Source: Patescibacteria group bacterium (GTDB lineage Bacteria > Patescibacteriota > Patescibacteriia > UM-FILTER-42-10). From it: a stretch of DNA of 52,301 bases. Below are positions 36,301 to 41,718 of this stretch, in pieces. Location of the stretch: contig JBAYGW010000006.1 in NCBI GenBank assembly GCA_041666485.1, positions 1-52,301 on the forward strand, in the 5' to 3' direction. Position numbers and translations under genes: made by a program. The notes beneath the pieces are model-generated. The model saw nothing but the letters and a program-made list of their open reading frames with translations. It was not told the DNA's origin and ran no database searches. Within the stretch, counting starts at the first letter, position 1. Every line of letters starts with the position of its first letter.

Positions 36301-38512
36301 TACTCATACACTTGACGTAAACACTAGCGATATAGTTTCAATCAATACCGGAATAAACGTTACCTGGACCGGTTCATCTTTTATTCTCGGTGGAACAATT
36401 AACGGATTAGGAACATTAGTAATTGATTCCACTACCATCATCCCAACTACCGGGACTCTATCTTGTATTGTAAGATTTGACGCAACCAATGGTAACACTA
36501 GTGTAATCCCGGAAAGAACATATTATACAATAGAACCATATAACAGTTCAGATGTGTCAGCCAGAACTATTGTACTTGGCACCGCCTCATCACAGGTTAT
36601 TACACTTTCCGGCTATATGTATGTGGTTGCTGACGGAACGCAGAATATTACTCTCAGTGGTACTAGTTATAATCCAACAATCATTGTTGCAAAAGCATTT
36701 GACTTTACTGGCACAGGTGATGGATCAGAGGTTGTATTATCCGGTACAAGCAGTTGGTCTGTTTCAGGCAATGTGGATTTTACCGGGGGCACTTATACAG
36801 CTTCAACCGGAAATACATTAAGAATGAATGGGCTTTTAAAAACCATCACTACGACTGGCAACACCTTGCAGAATTTTGAAGTATACGGAAATGATACTAC
36901 TTCAGTCGGAGCGCTAGACGTTAATGGCACATTCACTGTATCCAGTGGAGCATTTGTACAGGCCGCTGATGCTGATTTGAATGTTGCCGAGGACTTCACA
37001 TTGGCATTAGGCACAACATTCACAGCCGCTTCCGGTACGGGAAAGCTATATCTGGACGGTGATTTGACGCTTACTGACAATACCACATCCAAGCAAGACT
37101 TGGGGAATGTATATATCGGCACCTCTCCGGATACCACGGATCTTGCCAGTGATATTGCTACCAAAGGTATTACAATAAATTCCGGTGATGTGTTAAATAC
37201 CCATGGTTATGAAATGACGATCGGCGTTTATGGTCTGAACGTGATCGGAACTTTGGATATGACTGATGATGTAGAAACAGACGAGACCTTTGTAACTACG
37301 GACGGTGATGTAACATTCGGTGCCGCATCTTCCGTAACCGAGGATCAGTCAACAATCACGTTTGATGCGGCTTCCGGTACTGACAATATATTTAATCCGG
37401 GCGTTCAAAATATAAATAACTTGGTAATCAACGGCGCCAGTTTAACAGTTGAAGTGGAAGACCCGATCATTGTAAATAATGATTTAACAATAACCAGCGG
37501 GATCTTGGATGTCGTATCCGGTGAAAACAACCAAATCAGTTTAGGCGGTGACTGGACCAACAACGGTACTTTCACAGCACAAAATGGAACAGTACTATTG
37601 AACGGTTCCTCTACACAAATTCTATCAGGTACCATGACAACCACATCCCAGTTTTATAATCTGACTGTCAGCAACAGTTCTGGCAGTTACTCCGGATGCG
37701 CGACTTCTTTCACGCCGGGAATTGATTTTGCCGCGGCTGCCACAATCGGCGGAACATACACAATAACCACCGGCGATGCCAAAGTAGAATATAATTCCGG
37801 ATCAGCTTATACGGCAAATAATATTAATTGGAACGGTGGAGCATATGGAGACGAAATAATTTTCCGTAATTCAGATCTTGTTTCAGGTACTTGGACATTA
37901 GATGTTTCCGGGACACAAACTGCCGTAAAATATGTTGATGTCGGTCGTTCAGACGCATCAAGTGGTGATACAATTGACGCTCGGCATATTTCTAATGTTG
38001 ACTGCAGTAACACAACCAATTGGGAATTTGATTCCATTACCCTTAGTATCTCTGATACTACTATCGGTTTTGGTGATCTGACCTCTGCTAACGCCCGCTG
38101 GGCAACCGGCGATGTCGCCGGATCCGACAGTAAGGTAGTTGCTCATACAATAACCGCCTATACCGCCGCTGATAACGGATATCTACTGACCTATAACGGT
38201 CCACTATTAACCAGCGGTTCGGATACAATTACTGCCGCCGCAATTACCAATGATGATGACGGCACGGCAGGAACAGAACAATTCGGATTAGGTATCACCA
38301 CAGCCGGTGACTGCACAATTAATAGCGATTATAATGCTAGCAGTCCCGCGGAGTATAAACTTGCAGCAAGCACAACAACAACCCTTTGTTCCGAAACTGT
38401 GCCTACAGCTTCCGAAGTAATCAGTGCCTATTATATCGCCAACATCAGCAGTGAGACCGAAGCGGGTAATTATTCTACGAATATAACTTATATTATGACC
38501 GCTACGTTCTAA
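24314..38512 (+). CDS. Giant (4732 aa) cell-surface repeat protein: N-terminal signal-anchor, non-repetitive ~970-aa head, nested beta-helix-like repeats, C-terminal ~160-aa domain shared with the three ~360-aa paralogues
   Basis: An uninterrupted 14.2-kb ORF in AT-rich DNA. TM LLAFVLIMLFASLTILIFANIAI. A recurring ~75-aa unit G.VDNSSGNYNINIGGGWDNDD.Y..GT.T.TFDA.SGT..ID.DGTG.D.FYDLTFNDGGG. The C-terminus ISDTTIGFGDLTSANARWATGD...EAGNYSTNITYIMTATF aligns with the C-termini of 39435, 40560 and 46195. Confidence 0.85.
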   Translation: MFNRKNKLELVHQIVRGSKRRGVPSLLAFVLIMLFASLTILIFANIAIQNHHSESAGLVYKTTVAGDVIIRTSPSDCTGWLNPDLAKNIDLLGSSSTKEFNTNNSASYTNTPYENLGDVAEFELANAKLVCGGFQLAENIPPEAVDIVGTISLSFATETFDNNEDIVVFSYSMDGGKNWKAVDSFALLEQMNNQTREGYWSYIIPDLNELKKSEDFLVRVQYVSEPNKQPATAYVDGIALDIQYFEEKRDSGNFGEIQVTNKEGINSQTTAVATIEVEKNSTFGLLGVPTKKREVKSVQLIHPDGSVAEPETKIEEKENGTTKQKEYSIQPVNFDKPGVYKATFAIEENGVVEEKTEEFAWGVLSLNSTKSVYNPGETANLSISAYNGNGDFVCDADLSIQVTNPKGKVATLSTAEGSILKSPQCGPNIVTNTADYITSIEDLSVGQYQLNITGVIDGTTYQAAESFSVEKDIPFDITRIGPSRIYPIAEYEMFLEVIPKDDYFGTVTELVPDLIQVSDINENGLLSTTDENNNYINWQVDWKKGKAYTLSYKFESPTLVDYHFKLGPASFVNYNNPDKKADPLAETTSWQETRPWLIESDSMADKEHNSYIDGDTNRVEIINEKQLRYRAENSEIKDRFFPNNNFFQGPDNSWHIVETQLDIISMGDSRVSFNVNGKPLILTPAVVIGGVTQPIDTLSADYRAQLQMRLEVQKIDQGNKWSHIFFRLPEIEAIEFLVEPDDHTITNANPTSLLVDDQLLLNFSDLVASGFTVSVTPSKIRVTNLKDGWNTLDPTDTFYSSTGADGQITYGNSIYTATTNGTTSLIEDNQLIVPSSETRSFLSFDTSSISDTATVSASDVNTYAESFAKSKTLNTTYSIQYYSGQNGIGATLDSSSADWNSCTTSHGTLNWSNSVGWKSQSLTSPASAVNLTGDTDFKLVEDFTVSTGEYKRVVMRQTEYADTTSDPYLDVTYTAGINVSGNAYNENSTAALTECDGSTNMINLRVQSTTYQTSCNDTTGAFTFTGVATPSSSEAMIIWIDGQTPDGSTVNQYSGTGDVTGMTVQENSVTVHNDSGASYVSNSDLNTFDNGDDDDINYTVSTSDLMIEDGHRLLIKTNEYLDAGGIITTSPAATQSAMDGDIYLESGAAISIGAYALSIGGDYTVESSAGIIFTTGQITTFTGTTTGFSIDTPLNFDSLVFNGTGGGWTFDGDATMTNDLTVTAGTIILGAASYVADDVIINGGTLDVSSGNNYSLSVMGSWDIDGGNFEARSGNVTFNSYFGSETIDSDGTGTDSFYDLTFNDVSGHWDLAGILDVNRNLTITGGTVDNSSGNYNINVGGSWDNDDEYICGTGTVTFDATSGTLSIDADGTGADAFYDLTFNDGGGTATWQLTGLLDVNRNLSIAGGTVDNSAGNYNINIGGGYDNDDGYTRGTETITFDATSGTNLIDGDGTGNQDLYNVTFNDGGGTATWQLTTNFDWIYGTTTLTDGVFDLNNYYWYSYGNFNKTGGSLQMNQASDNLVFQGTFTISGAEGADVFTYGTIQVQDDFTISGDNTFVFGGAGSPRVVFTGTKDPTISISGANNVIGSSTYSAYFDIAFTNSTNTLTFLTAVNAGHCRPQEGKFVINGQNLRCDGVFYAYAGSGIDMASGSLIIGRESYAGGSYSPFWYEAGATENISGGTIQVYGSEQATYGTAYFADGSNFTPTGGTFQFMGTATASIYVAEVDAADFNFWDLTIGNGSTKTVEINTGSVSAIDVDGDLTITAGATLDSNGEPFEVAGNWDNNGTYTHDSNAVTFDGSDTDNTIEAGSSAFYDVIFQGLDGAGLWTFQTNDATVTRTIDIDTSDEVVIATARTITWTGSAFTLDGTISGAGKLTIDSSTTIPTTGTLSSIVRFDSTAGNTAVMPTRTYGGNVEIYNNSAVAARIVTPDIGTHTVSGSLIVQAANTQNVTFAGATNDPTMNITGDLDFGTSGGGVQTITTGANKWTVAGNVDLTAGTFTTEAGNTLAMTGTTKQITSASNPLLNFEISAGSVNNVDAMDVNGTFAITAGTFDHQHGGADINIFSNFTITSGGNWLPSDTYKIILDGDLTLTDSNATPEELSLLQIGASPDTTDLASDIATKGVIVPTGDIFNSHGYDMTLGVYGISVTGTLDLTDDVETDETFITTDGDVTFASGSAVTIDQSTFTFDATSGTDNIFNAGIQDLYNLVINGTVIVEVEDAIDVNGNLTITSGTLDVVSGENNVITVAGAWDNDATFEARSGTVTFDATSGTYSIDADGTGTDAFYDLTFNDGGGSAEWDLAGALDVNRNIAITGGTVDNSSGNYNINIGGGWDNDDSYVRGTETTTFDGASGTYSIDTDSPLEDDFYNVVINDSAGSLHLDLTSQPAQIDGNLTITDGILDLNNYDMYVVGNVSKTGGNLEVNQASDLLAITGNFTVSGNDGSAIFSDGTISIDGNTTISNDDTFGCVAGGWPTFRMQGTTNSTISVSGANNDFGTGTEFCAFTLQKTTNYTLQQLTNITGTTFYFENGIWDVNGQTANFSDKVQINTDGVLKMATGTFTVGRNGSDGDNRAPLSFFISSSEDITGGTIEIYGTANATYGSLFIMDGSNFTPTGGTVKFLGTDATNTLYITEVNTADFNFYNLEIGDGTNAKTLNVNTAATIPIDMNGNLTINANGTFDTNSEAVKVAGNWTNNGTFTADSGTVTLDGAATQTISGTLTGSSAFYDLTITNTSGSYTGCDTAFTPGVDFAASATSTNNYTINTGNVKVEYNSGSTYTFNNINWAGTLGNEIVFRNSNLTSGTWLLNVSGIQSAVSYVSVGRSDASSGDQIIASDGTNTDCSNNIDWLFSSFSVSGSIYNENTTIALTECDSSTNMVNLRVQGTTYQTSCDDTTGAYSFSGITGPTTNESMIIWIEGQTPDGAAVNKYSGSGNVTGIIVEANALTINNDSAVAVSNTDLDTYDSREDNDINYTVDSGSLIVEDGHRIVIKTNENFTPGASVTTSPASTQSAMDGDIYLATGATLNMATNALSVGGDFTTAGTVTITMDSGQATTFTGTTTGFGIEAEDAFDSVTFNGSGGGWTFDAGATLNHHLTVTAGTITLGGTTSVGGNLTINGGTLDVSSGNNYALSVAGSWDIDAGVFQAQSGNVTFNAGSGTLSIDPDGTSTDSFYNLTFNDGGGSAEWDLTGILDVNHNLAITGGTVDNSGGNYAVTLGGGWDNDDTYTCGTETVTFDAASGTLPIDADGTGTDSFYNTIFNDGGGSATWQLTTLMDVNNDFTITGGTFDYNGSNTLTVAGDFTNNDTVTESTGTLKMDGTSGTQYINNTEATSAEASNLYNLEIDDSAGSAIVKSYYPLDTNNNFTITGGTLDMEEAQTYFLTSSTTDAVANNMRIKTTDPAGTANSTSSCNDNETNQSNLVCILNPGSANITWGALPSTIQQKGYMLSDNQGITGTYATGDWTVKATATEVTGQFSYPTYRLEARLWKASTALGSATAITDWGYADVTANITSDVTITFSGVSQTTLTNEVLYVEFAAYFRGDAMDLGSGGPTSMTLTVNEGGTKQQITTPAFSPQINVGGNWDNNDIFYHNKGTVVFDPATGTKTIDSTGASEDDFYNLTINDGAGTGTVQLTGSNLQVDNDFTLTDGTFDLNNLQTLITNSFTKTGGNINMDQSGDHINVDGNFTVSGDGGSSALQDGSIVVAGDVAISNNNVFQMGNNTGYPVFSMDGAVSKTITVSGTGNYFGTTGATGEFDIDKAGGTVVNAGSDLAMWNLVQNTGGLTVAGNYVINADGQYVGLGGVLTMSNGTLSVGSDNLAPSSYANFYVGSGWTEAISAGTIEVDGAGHTTNEAAYFANGSAFTPTGGTFKLIGNDNSTIQIDELDTADFNFYDLTIGDSSNTKTVDIDAASTDIFEVTDNILINPNATFDTNSEPVYIGGNWNNNGTFTADSGIVTFNASDTNNTIDAGTGSFFDIIFEGGDGSGTWYFQNDNATITHTLDVNTSDIVSINTGINVTWTGSSFILGGTINGLGTLVIDSTTIIPTTGTLSCIVRFDATNGNTSVIPERTYYTIEPYNSSDVSARTIVLGTASSQVITLSGYMYVVADGTQNITLSGTSYNPTIIVAKAFDFTGTGDGSEVVLSGTSSWSVSGNVDFTGGTYTASTGNTLRMNGLLKTITTTGNTLQNFEVYGNDTTSVGALDVNGTFTVSSGAFVQAADADLNVAEDFTLALGTTFTAASGTGKLYLDGDLTLTDNTTSKQDLGNVYIGTSPDTTDLASDIATKGITINSGDVLNTHGYEMTIGVYGLNVIGTLDMTDDVETDETFVTTDGDVTFGAASSVTEDQSTITFDAASGTDNIFNPGVQNINNLVINGASLTVEVEDPIIVNNDLTITSGILDVVSGENNQISLGGDWTNNGTFTAQNGTVLLNGSSTQILSGTMTTTSQFYNLTVSNSSGSYSGCATSFTPGIDFAAAATIGGTYTITTGDAKVEYNSGSAYTANNINWNGGAYGDEIIFRNSDLVSGTWTLDVSGTQTAVKYVDVGRSDASSGDTIDARHISNVDCSNTTNWEFDSITLSISDTTIGFGDLTSANARWATGDVAGSDSKVVAHTITAYTAADNGYLLTYNGPLLTSGSDTITAAAITNDDDGTAGTEQFGLGITTAGDCTINSDYNASSPAEYKLAASTTTTLCSETVPTASEVISAYYIANISSETEAGNYSTNITYIMTATF
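27240..38030 (+). repeat. Two diverged super-repeats (~5.2-5.6 kb each) inside the giant gene, each with nested sub-repeats
   Basis: Unit 1 starts ~27240 (NVSGNAYNENSTAALTECDGSTNMINLRVQSTTYQTSC). Unit 2 starts ~32870 (SVSGSIYNENTTIALTECDSSTNMVNLRVQGTTYQTSC). Matching landmarks include SPA.TQSAMDGDIYL (27.7/33.3 kb), DTTDLASDIATKG...DVETDETF.TTDGDVTF (30.65/37.13 kb) and the terminal FTPG.DFAA...VGRSDASSGD blocks (32.5/37.7 kb). Unit 2 carries a unique insert of ~0.85 kb at ~34.2-35.05 kb. Confidence 0.8.
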
Positions 38513-38640
38513 AAAAGCTTGAGCGACTGAAGTTAGAGTGACATTTATTTTTCACAGCCACTTCAGTGGCGTAAGAATCTGATTTAGAAATGTGATCTGT
38601 TAAAAACCACCAGACTACCTGTCTTGAGCCGAGTCGAAAG

Positions 38641-38692
38641 AAAGTCGGTAAGAAATTATTTGCCTTCTTCATAGTCATTTTCGTGGCGCAAG
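38641..38692 (+). repeat. REP-like repeat, left copy
   Basis: AAAGTCGGTAAGAAATTATTTGCCTTCTTCATAGTCATTTTCGTGGCGCAAG is about 80% identical to the right copy at 39264-39315. Confidence 0.7.
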
Positions 38693-38713
38693 CATTTAAT
38701 CAATACATAATCC

Positions 38714-39238
38714 ATGTCCAGATTTTTTGTTGATAATTCATATTACTTTATTACAGTTCCAACAAACCAACTATATCCATTTTTTAGTACTCCTAAACAT
38801 AAATTATTTGTACTAGACAGATTGAATAAAGCAAAGGTAGTTTTCAAGTTAAAAAACTTTGACTTTTGTATTATTTCAAATCATTATCACTTTGTTTCAT
38901 ATTTTAGTAACAGTCAAATAATTCCTAAACTTTTGCAATTTATAAACGGAGGAAGTGCACGTAATTTAAACAAATTAACTGGAAATAAAAAATCCATTTG
39001 GGATGAATATTATATGTATTTAATAGAAGATGAAATAATACTGAACAAAATTAGAGGCTACATAGTTGGTAATCCCTTGAAACATAACGAGATTGAAGCA
39101 TTAAAAGATTTAGAAAAATATCCTTTTTCAAGTTATTGCACCTTAATTAGAAAATTAGGCAAAGATAATGTTAATGAGTATATTAGGACAGTCATTTCTT
39201 TAAATGACAATGATATTGTAAATTTGGTAAAGAAATAG
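38714..39238 (+). CDS. Y1 (HUH) tyrosine transposase, IS200-like / REP-associated tyrosine transposase (RAYT)-like
   Basis: The N-terminal YYFITVPT pattern, the HUH motif in ISNHYHFVSYF, and the C-terminal catalytic-Tyr context IRGYIVGNPLKH (Y..NP.k). 174 aa. Confidence 0.75.
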   Translation: MSRFFVDNSYYFITVPTNQLYPFFSTPKHKLFVLDRLNKAKVVFKLKNFDFCIISNHYHFVSYFSNSQIIPKLLQFINGGSARNLNKLTGNKKSIWDEYYMYLIEDEIILNKIRGYIVGNPLKHNEIEALKDLEKYPFSSYCTLIRKLGKDNVNEYIRTVISLNDNDIVNLVKK

Positions 39239-39263
39239 AATTTGCTAAAAAGCATACCCGACT

Positions 39264-39315
39264 AAAGTCGGTAAGAAAATATTTACCTTTTTCACAGCCA
39301 CTTCAGTGGCGTAAG
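39264..39315 (+). repeat. REP-like repeat, right copy
   Basis: TAAAGTCGGTAAGAAAATATTTACCTTTTTCACAGCCACTTCAGTGGCGTAAG, preceded by the small hairpin CCGACtaaaGTCGG. Confidence 0.7.
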
Positions 39316-39382
39316 GTTGTAAATTAATTTATCCTATTGCATGACAAATTTCAATATGCTAAGATATCAAACTAACTTGATA

Positions 39383-39411
39383 TTGACTTTTTGTGCTTGG
39401 TCTGATATAAT
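39383..39411 (+). promoter_or_regulatory. Consensus-like sigma70 promoter for subunit paralogue 1
   Basis: TTGACT (39383-39388), a 17-nt spacer, then TATAAT (39406-39411). A second upstream candidate is TTGCAT-N17-TAAGAT. The whole region is conserved upstream of 46195. Confidence 0.7.
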
Positions 39412-39434
39412 ATAAGCACAAAGGTGCAAAAATA

Positions 39435-40538
39435 TTGAATATTAACCCTTTGAACAACATGTTTAAAAAAATAGGTGTTTACCTGCTAATATTTGCTTTA
39501 GTTTTTTTATACTACCCGATTAAACCGGCGAATGCTGCTAATTTAACTAAAATTACTGATACGCTTTCTACCTTAACCTCAAACGCGGTCGCCAACCATA
39601 CTATTACATTTGTAACACCTACAGGGGTTGAAGCAAACGCTGATACGATTACAATTGATTTAACCGATTTCACCATCGGTTCTGTTGATTATACAGATAT
39701 TGATCTCGCGGTAGATGGTGATGCCAACTGTAACGGCGCCTGGACGGATAAAACACTCGCAGCGGCAAACAACACTGGAGTATGGGGAGCAACTATCACT
39801 TCATCAGTACTCACGCTTGACGCACCAACTGATGCTGCAGCCGGCGAAATTACTGCCGGAGTTTGTGTGCAGGTAGAAATTGGCCTTAATGCCACATCCG
39901 GTGTTGCAGGAAATGCACAATTAACAAACCCAAACGATGCAAACACGCATGTTTTTGAAATCGCAGGAGTATTTGGTGATACCGGGCAATTCGCATTAGA
40001 TTTTGTCGCGGATGACAGCGTCAATGTAACTGCCACTGTTGATCCTTCCATTACATTCGCAATTTCAGATACTGCTATCGGATTTGGTGATCTTGTTTCT
40101 GCCAATGCCCGCTTTGCCACATCAGATGCTACCGGATCCGATACGGATTCTACCGCCGCTCACACCTTATCAATAGGAACGAATGCAACTGACGGATATA
40201 TTATCACCTACAATGGAGCAACACTTACAAGTGGTGGTGACACTATTTCAGTAGCGGCAATATCTAATGATGAAAACGGAACGCCGGGCAGTGAACAGTT
40301 TGCCATGGGATTTTCAACAAACGGTAACACAACAATTCCGGCAGGATATGATCACAATGCAACAGCGGGTAGTCGCGACTGGACTTTTGTCGCCAGTACT
40401 CTAACTACCATCGCTTCAGAAACAGCACCGACCGCTACCGAGACAATTAGCGCATTTTATCTGGCGAATATCGCGGCTGATACCGAAGCGGGAAGTTATT
40501 CCACCGATATCACCTACATCGCAACAGCAACCTTTTAA
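39435..40538 (+). CDS. Secreted two-domain surface/fibre subunit candidate, paralogue 1 (367 aa)
   Basis: Signal peptide ...YPIKPANA|ANLTK. The mature N-terminus ANLTKITDTLSTLTSNAVANHTITFVTPTG is conserved. The C-terminal domain (from ~40041) is shared with the giant protein and ends ...EAGSYSTDITYIATATF. Start is TTG 39435 (AAGGTG 8 nt upstream), alternatively ATG 39459. Confidence 0.8.
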   Translation: MNINPLNNMFKKIGVYLLIFALVFLYYPIKPANAANLTKITDTLSTLTSNAVANHTITFVTPTGVEANADTITIDLTDFTIGSVDYTDIDLAVDGDANCNGAWTDKTLAAANNTGVWGATITSSVLTLDAPTDAAAGEITAGVCVQVEIGLNATSGVAGNAQLTNPNDANTHVFEIAGVFGDTGQFALDFVADDSVNVTATVDPSITFAISDTAIGFGDLVSANARFATSDATGSDTDSTAAHTLSIGTNATDGYIITYNGATLTSGGDTISVAAISNDENGTPGSEQFAMGFSTNGNTTIPAGYDHNATAGSRDWTFVASTLTTIASETAPTATETISAFYLANIAADTEAGSYSTDITYIATATF

Positions 40539-40559
40539 ATATTAGTAACCGATAAAAAA

Positions 40560-41642
40560 ATGAAGTCAAATATTGTGAAAAAAACTAGTATTTCACTGCT
40601 TATTTTTGCTTTGACTTTTATGTATTTCCCGGCCAGACCGGCTTATGCTGCAAATCTGACCAAAGTTACAGATACACTCTCCACATTAACTCAGAATGTG
40701 GTTGCAAATCACACTATCACCTTTGTCACACCAACAGGTGTGCAGGCGACTACAGACACAATTACGATTGATTTTACAGATTTTACCGTTGGTACGGTTG
40801 AATTCGGCGATATTGATATTGCAGAAGATAACGACGGTAACTGCGATGGCGCATGGACAGATAAAACAGTTGCGGCCACAGCCGGCGTAGGTGCGTGGGG
40901 CGCAGCGTTTACAGGCTCAACATTAACACTTACTCCACCAACCAATGCGGCATCCGGAGAAATTGATGCGGGATTCTGCGTACAAGTAGAAATCGGTTTG
41001 AATGCAGCTGGTGGTAACGCCCAATTGACAAACCCAAATGATACAAATAATCATGTCGTAGAAATCGCTGGAGTTTTCGGTGATGCCGGACAGTTTGCAC
41101 TGGATTTTGTCGCGGATGACAGCGTCAATGTAACTGCCACTGTTGATCCTTCCATTACATTCGCAATTTCAGATACCGCAATCGGTTTTGGCGACCTGAC
41201 ATCCGCTAATGCGCGATATGCAACCGGTGACGCTGCCGGCGCTGATGCAGATTCTGCTGCAGCTCACACAATATCAGTTGGCACCAATGCAACTGACGGA
41301 TATATTGTTACCTATAGCGGTGCTACTTTAACCAGCAGTGGAGATACAATCACAGTAGCCGCGATAACCGATGACGCAAACGGAACTCCGGGCACCGAAC
41401 AGTTTGCCATGGGATTTTCAACCGATGGTAATACCACAATCCCGGCCGGATATGACCACAATGCAACTGCGGGTAGTCGTGATTGGACATTTGTTGCCAG
41501 TACACTTACAACCATTGCTTCAGAAACTATCCCGACCGCAACTGAAACTATCAGTGCATTTTATCTGGCGAATATCGCGGCTGATACCGAAGCGGGAAGT
41601 TATTCAACCGATATTACATATATCGCAACTGCAACCTTTTAG
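40560..41642 (+). CDS. Secreted two-domain surface/fibre subunit candidate, paralogue 2 (360 aa)
   Basis: Signal peptide ...ARPAYA|ANLTK. Collinear with paralogue 1, including perfectly identical 73-nt and 50-nt tracts. Confidence 0.85.
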   Translation: MKSNIVKKTSISLLIFALTFMYFPARPAYAANLTKVTDTLSTLTQNVVANHTITFVTPTGVQATTDTITIDFTDFTVGTVEFGDIDIAEDNDGNCDGAWTDKTVAATAGVGAWGAAFTGSTLTLTPPTNAASGEIDAGFCVQVEIGLNAAGGNAQLTNPNDTNNHVVEIAGVFGDAGQFALDFVADDSVNVTATVDPSITFAISDTAIGFGDLTSANARYATGDAAGADADSAAAHTISVGTNATDGYIVTYSGATLTSSGDTITVAAITDDANGTPGTEQFAMGFSTDGNTTIPAGYDHNATAGSRDWTFVASTLTTIASETIPTATETISAFYLANIAADTEAGSYSTDITYIATATF

Positions 41643-41718
41643 TAATTCCAATAATTTGGTATACTGATATCAATAGTTGAAAGGTTATTAATACCATATT
41701 TATAAAAACAAAAGGGTG

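Larger units (their letters stand above)
38524..39315 (+). mobile_element. IS200/IS605-type Y1 transposase (RAYT-like) gene flanked by REP-like repeats
   Basis: See the CDS 38714..39238 and the flanking ~52-nt direct repeats. There is also an extra partial copy CACAGCCACTTCAGTGGCGTAAG at 38553-38575, whose ACTTCAGTGG is nearly complementary to CGACTGAAGT at 38524-38533. Confidence 0.7.

Noticed and set aside
25012-38146. About 35 short ORFs (60-130 aa) in other frames or on the other strand inside the giant gene.
   Set aside because: All are nested within a single uninterrupted 14.2-kb reading frame that has coherent repeat structure. They have no independent start signals or recognisable motifs.
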